Shown here one piece after another: positions 11,001 through 19,272 of a DNA stretch of 64,000 nucleotides (position 1 is the first letter of the stretch; every line of letters starts with the position of its first letter). The position numbers and the translations under genes are program-made. Source of the DNA: Flavobacteriaceae bacterium UBA4022 (GTDB taxonomy: Bacteria > Bacteroidota > Bacteroidia > Flavobacteriales > Flavobacteriaceae); assembly GCA_002384055.1 (NCBI GenBank), contig DGAU01000003.1, positions 5,931-69,930 of the forward strand, in the 5' to 3' direction. Below the pieces are notes generated by a model, which did not search any database, was not told the origin of the DNA, and saw nothing but the letters and a program-made list of their open reading frames with translations.

Positions 11001-11370
11001 TTCAGAATCCGTCATCGCGATAAACAATGGAAACATGAATTTTACCGTGAGGCCTCTACCCATGCGCAGTCAGCTCTCTTGCGTGTGTGGGATCGCATGT
11101 GTTGATATCAATAACGATGGGGCGGTGGATATCATCGCTGGTGGAAATAATCATGCATTTCGCCCGCAATTCTCAAGACTGGATGCCGACTTTGGGAGTG
11201 TGCTGCTCAATGATGGCGCCATGAATTTTGACTGGAAAAACTATGAAGAAAGCGGCTTTTTTATCAAAGACGAAATCAAGCACATTAGCCCCATAAAAGA
11301 TGCCCAAGGACGCACTTATATTTTTGTTGCCATAAACGATCAAAAACCACAAATTTTTGCCTTACAATAG
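8041..11370 (+). CDS. FG-GAP/VCBS repeat + ASPIC/UnbV (CRTAC1-like) lipoprotein, paralog 2
   Basis: ATGA start/stop overlap with paralog 1. Lipobox LLLIGC. Same architecture (DINNDGLSD, DVNQDGLLD, DYDKDGDLD, DINNDGLAD, DMDNDGFRD, DLDNDGDLD; GTSVRLY...RGFQSSMEY...HVLWPDN; second half DVNGDGNED, DADQDGDLD, DMDGDGDLD, DINNDGAVD). Confidence 0.85.
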   Translation: MKHYISRLLLLTLLLLIGCQTPEPKQDQGPKRFSLVASEQSNITFSNRVENQKDFNIFKYRNFYNGGGVAIGDINNDGLSDVYLTANMGPNKLYLNKGNMVFEDISESAGIEGNKPWSTGVLMVDVNQDGLLDIYVSNAGNMDGENHNNDLYINNGDLTFSEQAKAFNLAETGFSTHASFFDYDKDGDLDAYILNNSNIPVSSLGFAHQRDVRAQDWNVPKMFRGVGDMLLRNDNGVYTEVSEEAGIYGSLIGFGLGVMVSDINQDTYPDIYVSNDFYERDYLYINNQDGTFTEDIKRWTSHLCLSAMGVDMADINNDGLADIFITDMLPEEDQRVKSVMEFEGYNVFKLKQSKDFFQQYIQNTLQLNNGNGSFSEIAYFSGVSATDWSWSGLIFDMDNDGFRDIYVTNGINHDLTDLDFVNFFANEIIQDMALTGKKEAIDSIINKMPVHPLPNYAFHNQKDLTFDNRSEDWGLAVPSLSNGAAYGDLDNDGDLDLVVNNVNMQAFLYENHTNEMDDHHYIKLYFEGQKENHFAIGTSVRLYMKDSELFQELMPSRGFQSSMEYAMTIGLGAHTEIDSIHVLWPDNSTTQLVSVPVNQSLYLKQADATKASKPFQAKKTKEPLLKALESSEFLAHNENPYNDFDYEGLLGKMISQEGPCVAVGDVNGDGNEDVFLGGAKNQPGQLMLHQGKGKLSTTTQPELASDQAFEDTAAAFFDADQDGDLDLIVGSGGNQVDEAQRTSLRLYLNDGRGQFVKGTPINISNIYNISAIAPEDVDLDGDIDLVATARSIVGVYGMNPQHFFLENDGQGGWIDHSRTKAQVLANSGMITDAQWIDLDQKRTLVVVSDWGTPAFYRFVADQFVAVKSTLDHFSGWWNTITPADMDGDGDLDFVIGNQGSNLHYKPQPGQPMKLWVNDFDNNGTYEQIITQQLGGKDMPIHQKSEMTTQMVSLKKQNLKASEYAKKSMPELFAPSVLKNTTVREASSSESVIAINNGNMNFTVRPLPMRSQLSCVCGIACVDINNDGAVDIIAGGNNHAFRPQFSRLDADFGSVLLNDGAMNFDWKNYEESGFFIKDEIKHISPIKDAQGRTYIFVAINDQKPQIFALQ

Positions 11371-14300
11371 CCCCATCATACGTGTCGGGCTTACATGCCT
11401 GAGCTTGCTTATTTTTGCTTGTCAAAAACCAGTTGAGGCGCTTTTTGTGATGCCCAGACCTGCCGATAGCGGTCTGGTTTTTAGCAATGACCTGCACCCT
11501 ACGGACTCATTAAACATCTTAGACTATTTATACTTTTATAATGGCGGAGGTATCGCCGTTGGAGATCTCAACAATGACGGATGGCCAGATATTTATGCCA
11601 CCGCTAATCAAGGTCCCAACGCCGTTTACCTCAATCAAGGGGATTTGACCTTTACTGATGTCACTAAATCTGCAGGACTTGTCGGGCAAAGCAGTTGGCA
11701 AACCGGCTGTTTGCTTTTCGATGCTAATAACGATGGCTGGTTAGATATTTATGTCAGTGCCGTGGTCGGACTTAATGGCTTTACCGGCCATAACGAGTTA
11801 TACATCAACAACCATGATATGACCTTTACGGAGGCTTCTGCAGCCTATGGATTGGATTTACAAGACTATGGCACCATGTCTGCGGCCCTAGACTACGATC
11901 TGGATGGCGACTTGGATCTCTATATCCTGAATCATGCCATCCACACACAAGAATCCTTTGGCCGGTCAGAAATACGACAGAAAAGACACCCCAAAACGGG
12001 CGATCGCCTCATGCGCAATGATGGCGGGGTCTTCACCGACGTGAGTGAACAGGCCGGTATTTATGGTGGGGTCAATGCCTATGGCCTAGGAATCAGCGTG
12101 GCAGATTTTAATCAAGATGGCGCACCAGATCTCTACATCGGTAATGATTTTCATGAGGATGATTACTTCTATATCAACAACCAAGATGGCACCTTTACCG
12201 AGTCCTTGAAGGACTATTTTAGCCACACCTCTCGCTTTTCTATGGGTAATGATGCAGCAGACATCAACAATGATGGATGGCCCGACCTCATCTCTTTGGA
12301 CATGTTGCCCCAAGAAGAATCCGTGATCAAATCTAGTGAAGGCGACGACCCCGTTCAAACCCTCAAAATGCGCACCGAGCAATACGGTTATCATTACCAA
12401 TACAGCCGCAATATGCTTTTTGTGAGTCAACCAGGTTTTCCTTATTTGGAAACCGCTCTGTACAGTGATGTCGCCGCTACTGATTGGAGCTGGAGTGCCT
12501 TATTTGGCGACTACGACCTTGACGGGCAACAGGATCTGTTCATCTCCAATGGCATCATGCGCCGACCAAACAATTTGGATTATATCAAATTCATTTCCAA
12601 TCAAGAAATTCAGCGGCAGCTCAACGATTCGCGCTTGGTCGACCAGCAAGCCATTGAAATGATGCCTTCGGGGGCCGCGATTAATTACTTTTTTAGAGGC
12701 AACGCGAACCTAAAGTTTAGTGATATGAGCCAAAAATGGGTTCAGGGGGTTCCTTCCATTTCGGGTGCTAGTGCCGTTGCCGATTTCGATCAAGATGGTG
12801 ATCTGGATTTGGTGACAAACAACACCAACGCACCTCTGGGGCTCTATGTCAATCAAAGTACTGAAACCACTGGACATTATGGGCTATCTATCGCTTTACG
12901 GTATTTGGGAAAAAACCCATTTGGAATTGGCACTAAAGCCTATGCATACCTAGATGGCAAAAGACAATACAGAGAACTCAATCCCACACGAGGGTTTCAG
13001 GCCAGTTCCGAACCCCTACTTCATTTTGGACTCGGACCCAAGGCACAACTAGATTCTCTTAAACTCATTTGGCCCAACGGGATGCGTCAGACCATGATTA
13101 CGCCCCAAGGGAACCAGGTTTTGACCGTACAATACCAGCCAAATGACACCCAAAACCTTAATCTTCCAAAAGAAGAATTACCGACTATGTTTGCCAAAGT
13201 AAGCGACAACTTAGGCATTGATTTCGTACATAAAGAAGATGCCCATACCGACTTTAATAGTCAAAAATTGATTCCCTATGAGGTTTCTGATCGGGGACCA
13301 GCAGTCGCCTTGGCCGATTTTAATCAAGACGGACGCACCGATATTTTTGTGGGCAACAGTAAATACCATCGTTCTGCCTTATACCTCCAAGAGCCATCGG
13401 GATTCACCAAATCAGAACCATTGGCGGCCCTTCAAGATTCCATCAGCGAATATGTCACCGCTGTGGTACAGACCATTGGTGGGGTTCCTTCACTGCTTTT
13501 GGGGGCAGGCGGCAGTGCAGTAGCACCATCTGCTGCTGTGTTTTCCAACAATATCCTCCCGCTTAATGGGCTTTCTTACAAACCCGCAACTTTACCCGGA
13601 GCTTTGGCCAATACTAGTGTCCTTCGGGCCCACGACAACCTTACTTTTATCGGCAACCATACCGTGCCAAATGACTTTGGGGCTGCTCCCGATAGCTACA
13701 TCCTCAAAGACGGTGCAATTTATCAAACCTTGGAGGGGTTGGGCATGGTGACCGATGCACAATGGGTCGATTTGAATCAAGATGAATTGATGGATCTCGT
13801 AATTGTGGGCGAATGGATGGCGCCGCACTTTTTGGAACAAACCCGAGATGGATTTCGCGCCATAGCGCCTTTTAACGAACCCCTGAGCGGACTTTGGCAA
13901 AGTGTTTTGCCTTTTGACATCGATCAGGATGGCGATGAAGATCTTTTATTAGGCAACTGGGGGCTCAATAGCAAGTTTAAAGCCAGTCCCGAAGCACCCA
14001 TGCAGCTATTCCATCAAGATTTTGATCAAAATGGCAGCACGGAGACCATCATTGCCATAGAAAAAAACGGCCAATACTATCCCCTTTTGGGACTTGATGA
14101 TTTGGCCAGTCAAATGGTCTTCTTGCGCAAAGCTTATACCCAATATGCAGATTTTGCAGGACAGCCCTTGGACGCTATATTTGGCTCTAGACTGGAACAA
14201 AGCCACCGACTTCAAGTCGATGTGCTGGCCAGTGGCTATCTCAAAAACACAGCCGGACAATATCATTTCGTGCCCTTTGATCCCATCGCTCAATGGGCTC

Positions 14301-14581
14301 CAATTATGGATTTTGTCTCTTTTGACTTTGACCGAGACGGCATAAACGAGGTCTTGGCTGGTGGCAATTATTTTGGTGTTATCCCCTTTCACGGGCGCTA
14401 TGATGCATTCCCTGGGGTGCTTATCGACAGTGATGGCACCTATACCCAAGCCAGTAAGCTCGGCCTAAATATGACCCAAAAATCCATCCGGCATATGGCC
14501 GTTTTGACTTACAACAAACTACCTTACCTAATTCTATTTTATAATGATGAAAAAACTGAAGTCTACCGTATCAATCAATAG
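11357..14581 (+). CDS. FG-GAP/VCBS repeat + ASPIC/UnbV (CRTAC1-like) lipoprotein, paralog 3
   Basis: The track start is a TTG overlapping paralog 2 by 14 nt, so the exact start is uncertain. Lipobox LLIFAC. Motifs DLNNDGWPD, DANNDGWLD, DYDLDGDLD, DINNDGWPD, DYDLDGQQD, DFDQDGDLD; GIGTKAYAY...RGFQASSEPLLHFGL...LIWPNG; second half DFNQDGRTD, DIDQDGDED, DFDRDGINE. Confidence 0.8.
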   Translation: MPYNSPIIRVGLTCLSLLIFACQKPVEALFVMPRPADSGLVFSNDLHPTDSLNILDYLYFYNGGGIAVGDLNNDGWPDIYATANQGPNAVYLNQGDLTFTDVTKSAGLVGQSSWQTGCLLFDANNDGWLDIYVSAVVGLNGFTGHNELYINNHDMTFTEASAAYGLDLQDYGTMSAALDYDLDGDLDLYILNHAIHTQESFGRSEIRQKRHPKTGDRLMRNDGGVFTDVSEQAGIYGGVNAYGLGISVADFNQDGAPDLYIGNDFHEDDYFYINNQDGTFTESLKDYFSHTSRFSMGNDAADINNDGWPDLISLDMLPQEESVIKSSEGDDPVQTLKMRTEQYGYHYQYSRNMLFVSQPGFPYLETALYSDVAATDWSWSALFGDYDLDGQQDLFISNGIMRRPNNLDYIKFISNQEIQRQLNDSRLVDQQAIEMMPSGAAINYFFRGNANLKFSDMSQKWVQGVPSISGASAVADFDQDGDLDLVTNNTNAPLGLYVNQSTETTGHYGLSIALRYLGKNPFGIGTKAYAYLDGKRQYRELNPTRGFQASSEPLLHFGLGPKAQLDSLKLIWPNGMRQTMITPQGNQVLTVQYQPNDTQNLNLPKEELPTMFAKVSDNLGIDFVHKEDAHTDFNSQKLIPYEVSDRGPAVALADFNQDGRTDIFVGNSKYHRSALYLQEPSGFTKSEPLAALQDSISEYVTAVVQTIGGVPSLLLGAGGSAVAPSAAVFSNNILPLNGLSYKPATLPGALANTSVLRAHDNLTFIGNHTVPNDFGAAPDSYILKDGAIYQTLEGLGMVTDAQWVDLNQDELMDLVIVGEWMAPHFLEQTRDGFRAIAPFNEPLSGLWQSVLPFDIDQDGDEDLLLGNWGLNSKFKASPEAPMQLFHQDFDQNGSTETIIAIEKNGQYYPLLGLDDLASQMVFLRKAYTQYADFAGQPLDAIFGSRLEQSHRLQVDVLASGYLKNTAGQYHFVPFDPIAQWAPIMDFVSFDFDRDGINEVLAGGNYFGVIPFHGRYDAFPGVLIDSDGTYTQASKLGLNMTQKSIRHMAVLTYNKLPYLILFYNDEKTEVYRINQ

Positions 14582-15896
14582 CCTTGCCCTATTGAGTCTT
14601 TTGGCACTCACCCTGCATTCGTGCAAAGAACCACAATGGATCGTTGTCTCGCCGCAAGATTATCAAAATGGCGTAGACCATATCACGGCGATCATGGTTC
14701 ATGATATTTTTTCGCCTCCCGTAGCGAGCCGTATTTATGCCTACCCCAATATTGCCGCCCACGAAATACTGGCACAGCAAGACAGCAGCCTCGGTTCCCT
14801 ATCTAAGTCAATAAAGCATCTTCCTCCGTTACCAAAAAGCCAAGACCCAGCGATTAATTATCCGCTCGCAGCCCTAATCGCCCATATGGATATCAGCAAA
14901 GCCTTGGTTTTTTCAGAAGAACGTGTTGAGACCTACCGAGACAGTCTTTATGCCCTCTGGAGCCATCAAAACAAGTCCAGTTTTAATGCCTCAAAATCTT
15001 ATGGATTGGCTGTAGCCCAGCATATCAAAGATTGGATGAATCAAGACAATTATAGCGCGACACGGACCATGCCAAAGTTTACCGTCATTACGGAGGATCC
15101 CGCACGTTGGCAACCAACACCTCCGGCCTATATGGATGGAATTGAGCCGCATTGGAACAAAATACGACCCATGATTATGGATTCGGCAAATCAATTCAAA
15201 CCCATACCGCCACCAACTTTCTCTATGGACCCCAAAAGTGACTTTTATAAAGAGCTGATGGATGTTTACCAAACCAGCAAACGCATCGAGGCCATTGGCG
15301 ACAGCTCTGATGAAATAAAAATGGCTCAATTTTGGGATTGTAATCCTTATGTCTCTGTGACCCGAGGACACCTGATGTTTGCGACCAAAAAAATCACCCC
15401 TGGAGCCCACTGGATTGGGATTACCAAGATTGCTGCCAACCAAGCTCAATTGGATTTTAACCAGACCGTATCGGCGTATACCAAAACATCCTTAGCTATA
15501 TTTGACGCCTTCATCAGCTGCTGGGACGAAAAATACCGCAGCAATCTCATCCGCCCCGAAACTGTAATCAACCAATACATCGACGAGAGTTGGAAGCCCG
15601 TGCTCCAGACCCCGCCTTTTCCTGAATACAGCAGTGGACATTCGGTGGTTTCTGGGGCCTCAGCGCAAATATTGACTGATATATTCGGTCCTAATTTTAG
15701 TTTTGATGACACAACGGAAGTTCCCTTTGGCCTTCCTGTTCGCCATTTCGATTCCTTTGAGCAAGCCGCTCAGGAAGCCGCAATCTCTAGAATGTATGGT
15801 GGAATTCATTACAAAAAAGCCATAGTAGAAGGCCTTAAACAAGGCATTTCTGTGGGGCAACTCGTCCGTGATCAACTAAACACAAATCATGAATAA
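14544..15896 (+). CDS. PAP2-superfamily / vanadium-dependent haloperoxidase-like lipoprotein
   Basis: Lipoprotein signal LALTLHSC. All three PAP2/vanadate-site motifs are present in order: KYRSNLIRP (KX6RP), EYSSGHS (SGH) and SRMYGGIH (SRX5H). The final Asp of the acid-phosphatase motif is Ala (HYKKA). Overlaps the preceding gene by 38 nt. Confidence 0.8.
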   Translation: MMKKLKSTVSINSLALLSLLALTLHSCKEPQWIVVSPQDYQNGVDHITAIMVHDIFSPPVASRIYAYPNIAAHEILAQQDSSLGSLSKSIKHLPPLPKSQDPAINYPLAALIAHMDISKALVFSEERVETYRDSLYALWSHQNKSSFNASKSYGLAVAQHIKDWMNQDNYSATRTMPKFTVITEDPARWQPTPPAYMDGIEPHWNKIRPMIMDSANQFKPIPPPTFSMDPKSDFYKELMDVYQTSKRIEAIGDSSDEIKMAQFWDCNPYVSVTRGHLMFATKKITPGAHWIGITKIAANQAQLDFNQTVSAYTKTSLAIFDAFISCWDEKYRSNLIRPETVINQYIDESWKPVLQTPPFPEYSSGHSVVSGASAQILTDIFGPNFSFDDTTEVPFGLPVRHFDSFEQAAQEAAISRMYGGIHYKKAIVEGLKQGISVGQLVRDQLNTNHE

Positions 15897-16803
15897 AAAT
15901 CATCTATATAGATGGCTGCTTACTGCGGCTCTAATTACTGGCGGTCTTTGGTACTTTATTGGTCAAGACCATCATTATCAAATCACTTTCAAAACCAAAC
16001 AACCCCCAGGAGTCGTTTTTGATCACGTGCGTGCCTGGCCCATTTTTGGCAAGGCCCAGGGGCTCCAAGTCACTAATAAAGACATGAAAGCCTTTTCGGC
16101 TTTAACACAAGAGCTGCTGGTCAATGACTCCATAATAAAAATCAATTGGCAATTCAAGCGCCTCAATGATAGTGTGACCAAAGTCACGAGTTATTACGAA
16201 GATGTCGCCCATCCCCTAAAGCAAAAATTTCTAGCACCTTTCGGGCGTAATGATTTTGTAAAGCGGGCACTCAACAGTACCTCGAGCGTTGCGCAACAAT
16301 TGATCAAAAAGAGCGAGAACTTTCGTGTTCAAAGCATTTCTGACACCATTTTACCCGAAAAATTTTGTGCCTATGTTCCGGTTACGGTCAGAAGTGCACA
16401 AAAAGCCCAGGGCATGATGGCCCAAATTGCTACAGTCATGGATTATATCAACACCCATGAACTCCCCTTGAAGGGAGATCCCTTCATTACAGTCACGCAC
16501 TGGGACCAACAAAATCAAGTTCTACAATTTGACTTTTGTTTCCCCATTGATCCATCAGAAAACTATCCACAAGACCCCAACGTGCTTTTTAAGAAGGTTC
16601 CGTCTCAGAAATACCTCATGACGACCTTCAAGGGTAACTATAGAATTTCGCAACAAGGATGGTTCTATCTTTTGGATTACGCCCAAAATCATGATCTTGA
16701 ATTAGCGCCCTATCCGACAGAAGTTTACCTTAACGATCCTCATTCGGGCGGTGAAAGTCTTGATTGGTCTTCTCTTATTTTGTTCCCTATAATGACCCCT
16801 TAA
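15889..16803 (+). CDS. GyrI-like (small-molecule-binding) domain protein with N-terminal TM/SRPBCC-like region
   Basis: 8-nt overlap with the upstream gene. N-terminal hydrophobic helix. The C-terminal half resembles the GyrI-like effector-binding fold (ATVMDYINTHELPLKGDPFITVTHWD...YLMTTFKGNYRISQQGWFYLLDYAQNHDLELAPYPTEVYLNDP). Family call is from motif memory only. Confidence 0.55.
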   Translation: MNKNHLYRWLLTAALITGGLWYFIGQDHHYQITFKTKQPPGVVFDHVRAWPIFGKAQGLQVTNKDMKAFSALTQELLVNDSIIKINWQFKRLNDSVTKVTSYYEDVAHPLKQKFLAPFGRNDFVKRALNSTSSVAQQLIKKSENFRVQSISDTILPEKFCAYVPVTVRSAQKAQGMMAQIATVMDYINTHELPLKGDPFITVTHWDQQNQVLQFDFCFPIDPSENYPQDPNVLFKKVPSQKYLMTTFKGNYRISQQGWFYLLDYAQNHDLELAPYPTEVYLNDPHSGGESLDWSSLILFPIMTP

Positions 16804-16853
16804 CTTAGTTCCAGCCGTATTTTGATGCCTCCCTTGGGATTAAAATATTGTTT

Positions 16854-16867
16854 CGAAAACGATTTCG
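16854..16867. promoter_or_regulatory. Candidate LacI-type operator palindrome upstream of sugar-uptake genes
   Basis: cgaaaaCGatttcg: 6 of 7 positions are symmetric around a central CG. It lies about 120 nt upstream of the MFS gene start. No regulator gene is seen nearby. Confidence 0.2.
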
Positions 16868-16986
16868 GTATGGCTCAGCCCTATTGAAATTCAAAAATTG
16901 AGCTTTTTAGGGAATTTTTGCGGATATTAACTCAATGGTATTTATCAAAAGTAAAAGCCAGGCAACAACCGACCAAAAATTAAATT

Positions 16987-18285
16987 ATGACTACAAAACC
17001 ACGACTATCCTTTTGGGATATCTGGAATATGAATGTCGGATTCTTAGGGATCCAATTCAGTTTTGGATTACAGCAAACTGCCATTAACCCAATTTTTTCA
17101 TTCCTGGGTGCTTTACCCGAAGACCTTCCTTTGCTCAACCTTGCTGGACCGGTTACCGGATTAATTGTACAGCCCATTATTGGTGCCATGTCGGACAAAA
17201 CATGGTCACCACGTTGGGGCCGCAGAAAACCTTATTTCCTCATTGGGGCGCTCATAGGCAGCTTGTGTTTGTTTGCCTTTCCTTATAGCCCCAGTCTTTG
17301 GTTTGCGGTAGGGCTTTTATGGATCTTAGATGTCGGAAACAATATGGCAATGGAGCCTTATCGCGCATTTGTCGGAGATAAAGTTCCCGAAAAGCAACTC
17401 AATTTTGGTTACCAAATGCAGAGTTTATTCGTAGGCGCTGGAATTGTTTTGGCCAATGCTTCCATCTTTTTATTCCAAGATTGGTTTGGCGCAGGCGCCA
17501 TTGAAGGTGAAATCACCAGTATTCCAAAGTGGCTTTATTATTCCTTCTTCCTTGGGGCTTTTCTGTCTGTGGCCACCATTTTATGGTCCGTGCTCAAGAC
17601 ACCCGAAATACCGCCGACGGACCAAGAACGTGCCGTGATGAACGAAAATCGTGCGTTGCCTTTTGCTGGGCGTGTCAAGGCACCCTTTACCGAAATCGCC
17701 CGTGCCGTAAAGGACATGCCTAAATTTATGTGGAAGCTCTCGGGCGTTTACTTATTCCAATGGTATGCCTTGTTTATTTATTGGCAATACATTACGCCTT
17801 TGATCCAAGAAACCATGGGTTATAATGGCTCTGAAGCACTAAGTCAGGCAGCGAAAATGAGCACCACTTATAATATTTCGACCATTGTGGTTGCGCTCTT
17901 ACTGGTGCCCATATCGATCAAATTCGGCGGGAAAAAGACCTATGCCTTCAGTCTTTTAGGCACCGGTATCGCCTTGTTAGCTATCCCTTATATCACAGAT
18001 CCTATCACTATTTTATTTCCGATGATTCTCTTTGGTGTCGGCTGGGCGGCTATGATGGGCATCCCTTACAGTATGGTATCCAAAATTGTTCCGCAAGAAC
18101 GTCGGGGTGTTTATATGGGCATACTCAATATGATGATTGTGATTCCTATGGGAATCGAAACCATCACCTTTGGTCCGATCATGAAACATCTGTTGGGCGG
18201 AAGTGCGGTTAACGCTATTTTATTTGGCGGGGTCTTTTTTATCATTTCAGCGGTGCTGGCCCTCAGACTCAATACCCAGAAATAA
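16987..18285 (+). CDS. MFS sugar:cation symporter (GPH/SLC45 sucrose-transporter-like)
   Basis: About 12 predicted TM helices. The loop MSDKTWSPRWGRRKPYFLIGA is typical of GPH/SLC45-type glycoside symporters. Confidence 0.8.
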   Translation: MTTKPRLSFWDIWNMNVGFLGIQFSFGLQQTAINPIFSFLGALPEDLPLLNLAGPVTGLIVQPIIGAMSDKTWSPRWGRRKPYFLIGALIGSLCLFAFPYSPSLWFAVGLLWILDVGNNMAMEPYRAFVGDKVPEKQLNFGYQMQSLFVGAGIVLANASIFLFQDWFGAGAIEGEITSIPKWLYYSFFLGAFLSVATILWSVLKTPEIPPTDQERAVMNENRALPFAGRVKAPFTEIARAVKDMPKFMWKLSGVYLFQWYALFIYWQYITPLIQETMGYNGSEALSQAAKMSTTYNISTIVVALLLVPISIKFGGKKTYAFSLLGTGIALLAIPYITDPITILFPMILFGVGWAAMMGIPYSMVSKIVPQERRGVYMGILNMMIVIPMGIETITFGPIMKHLLGGSAVNAILFGGVFFIISAVLALRLNTQK

Positions 18286-18326
18286 TTGGAACAAAATCTT
18301 TATAAAAGCATCTATTAGCAGCGCAT

Positions 18327-19262
18327 ATGACCAAAGATATCGACATCCTTTGTGCTGGGGAAACCCTTATTGATTTTATTGGAACCCAAACCGAGGCACC
18401 CCTCAGCGAAACTAAAGATTACCACCGTTACCTTGGAGGCTCACCAACCAATGTAGCCATGAATATGGCCCGATTGGGAGCCTCGGTAGAAATGGTGGCC
18501 ACCGTGGGGGATGATGGTTTTGGTCAGTATATAGTTGGGCGCTTGGAAGAAGCGGGGGTAGGTCAAAGGCATCTAAAAACCTGCAAGCATTTACCCAGTA
18601 CAACTATTTTTATCAACCAAACCGAACACACGCCAGAATTTATTGCCTATCGCGGGGCCGATGCGGAAATTACCGAAGACCAATTCCCAGATAAGCTTCT
18701 AGAACGGGTAAAAATTTTTCACACCACTTGTTTTGCCTTAAGCCGACAACCCGCCAGAGACACCATTGTCAAAAAAGCTAAAAAAGCGTCGGAGCTCGGC
18801 GCATTATTAAGTATCGACGTCAATTTTTCCGAAAAAATATGGCCCGATAAGAAGGGTGCCCAAGACACTTTGGCCGAATATTGTAAGTACGGTGCGCTGG
18901 TCAAAATCAGTCAGGACGATGTGGATCGATTATTAGGTCCGGGGATTAGTCATGAAGCGGTATTTTCCTATCTTCATGGGCTAGGAGCATCCAAAATCTG
19001 CTTTACGCTAGGCAAAGATGGCGCCAAGTTGAGTCAGATGGGCGCTACCGTGCTCGAGGTTTCGGCCTTTGAAGTGGAAAAAATCATGGATGCCACAGGA
19101 GCTGGCGATGCCTTTTGGAGTGGATTTCTGTTTGCTTATCTCAAGGATAAATCGCCTCAAAAATGCTTAGAATCTGCCCTAAAAATGGCGGCCATTAAAT
19201 TGCAAAATGTAGGGCGTATCCCTGATTACGCACATGTTATTGCTGATATTATGAACCAATAA
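18327..19262 (+). CDS. PfkB-family carbohydrate kinase (fructokinase-like)
   Basis: N-terminal ILCAGETLIDF and GGSPTNVA. C-terminal PfkB signature DATGAGDAFWSGF. Confidence 0.85.
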   Translation: MTKDIDILCAGETLIDFIGTQTEAPLSETKDYHRYLGGSPTNVAMNMARLGASVEMVATVGDDGFGQYIVGRLEEAGVGQRHLKTCKHLPSTTIFINQTEHTPEFIAYRGADAEITEDQFPDKLLERVKIFHTTCFALSRQPARDTIVKKAKKASELGALLSIDVNFSEKIWPDKKGAQDTLAEYCKYGALVKISQDDVDRLLGPGISHEAVFSYLHGLGASKICFTLGKDGAKLSQMGATVLEVSAFEVEKIMDATGAGDAFWSGFLFAYLKDKSPQKCLESALKMAAIKLQNVGRIPDYAHVIADIMNQ

Positions 19263-19272
19263 AATTAATGCT

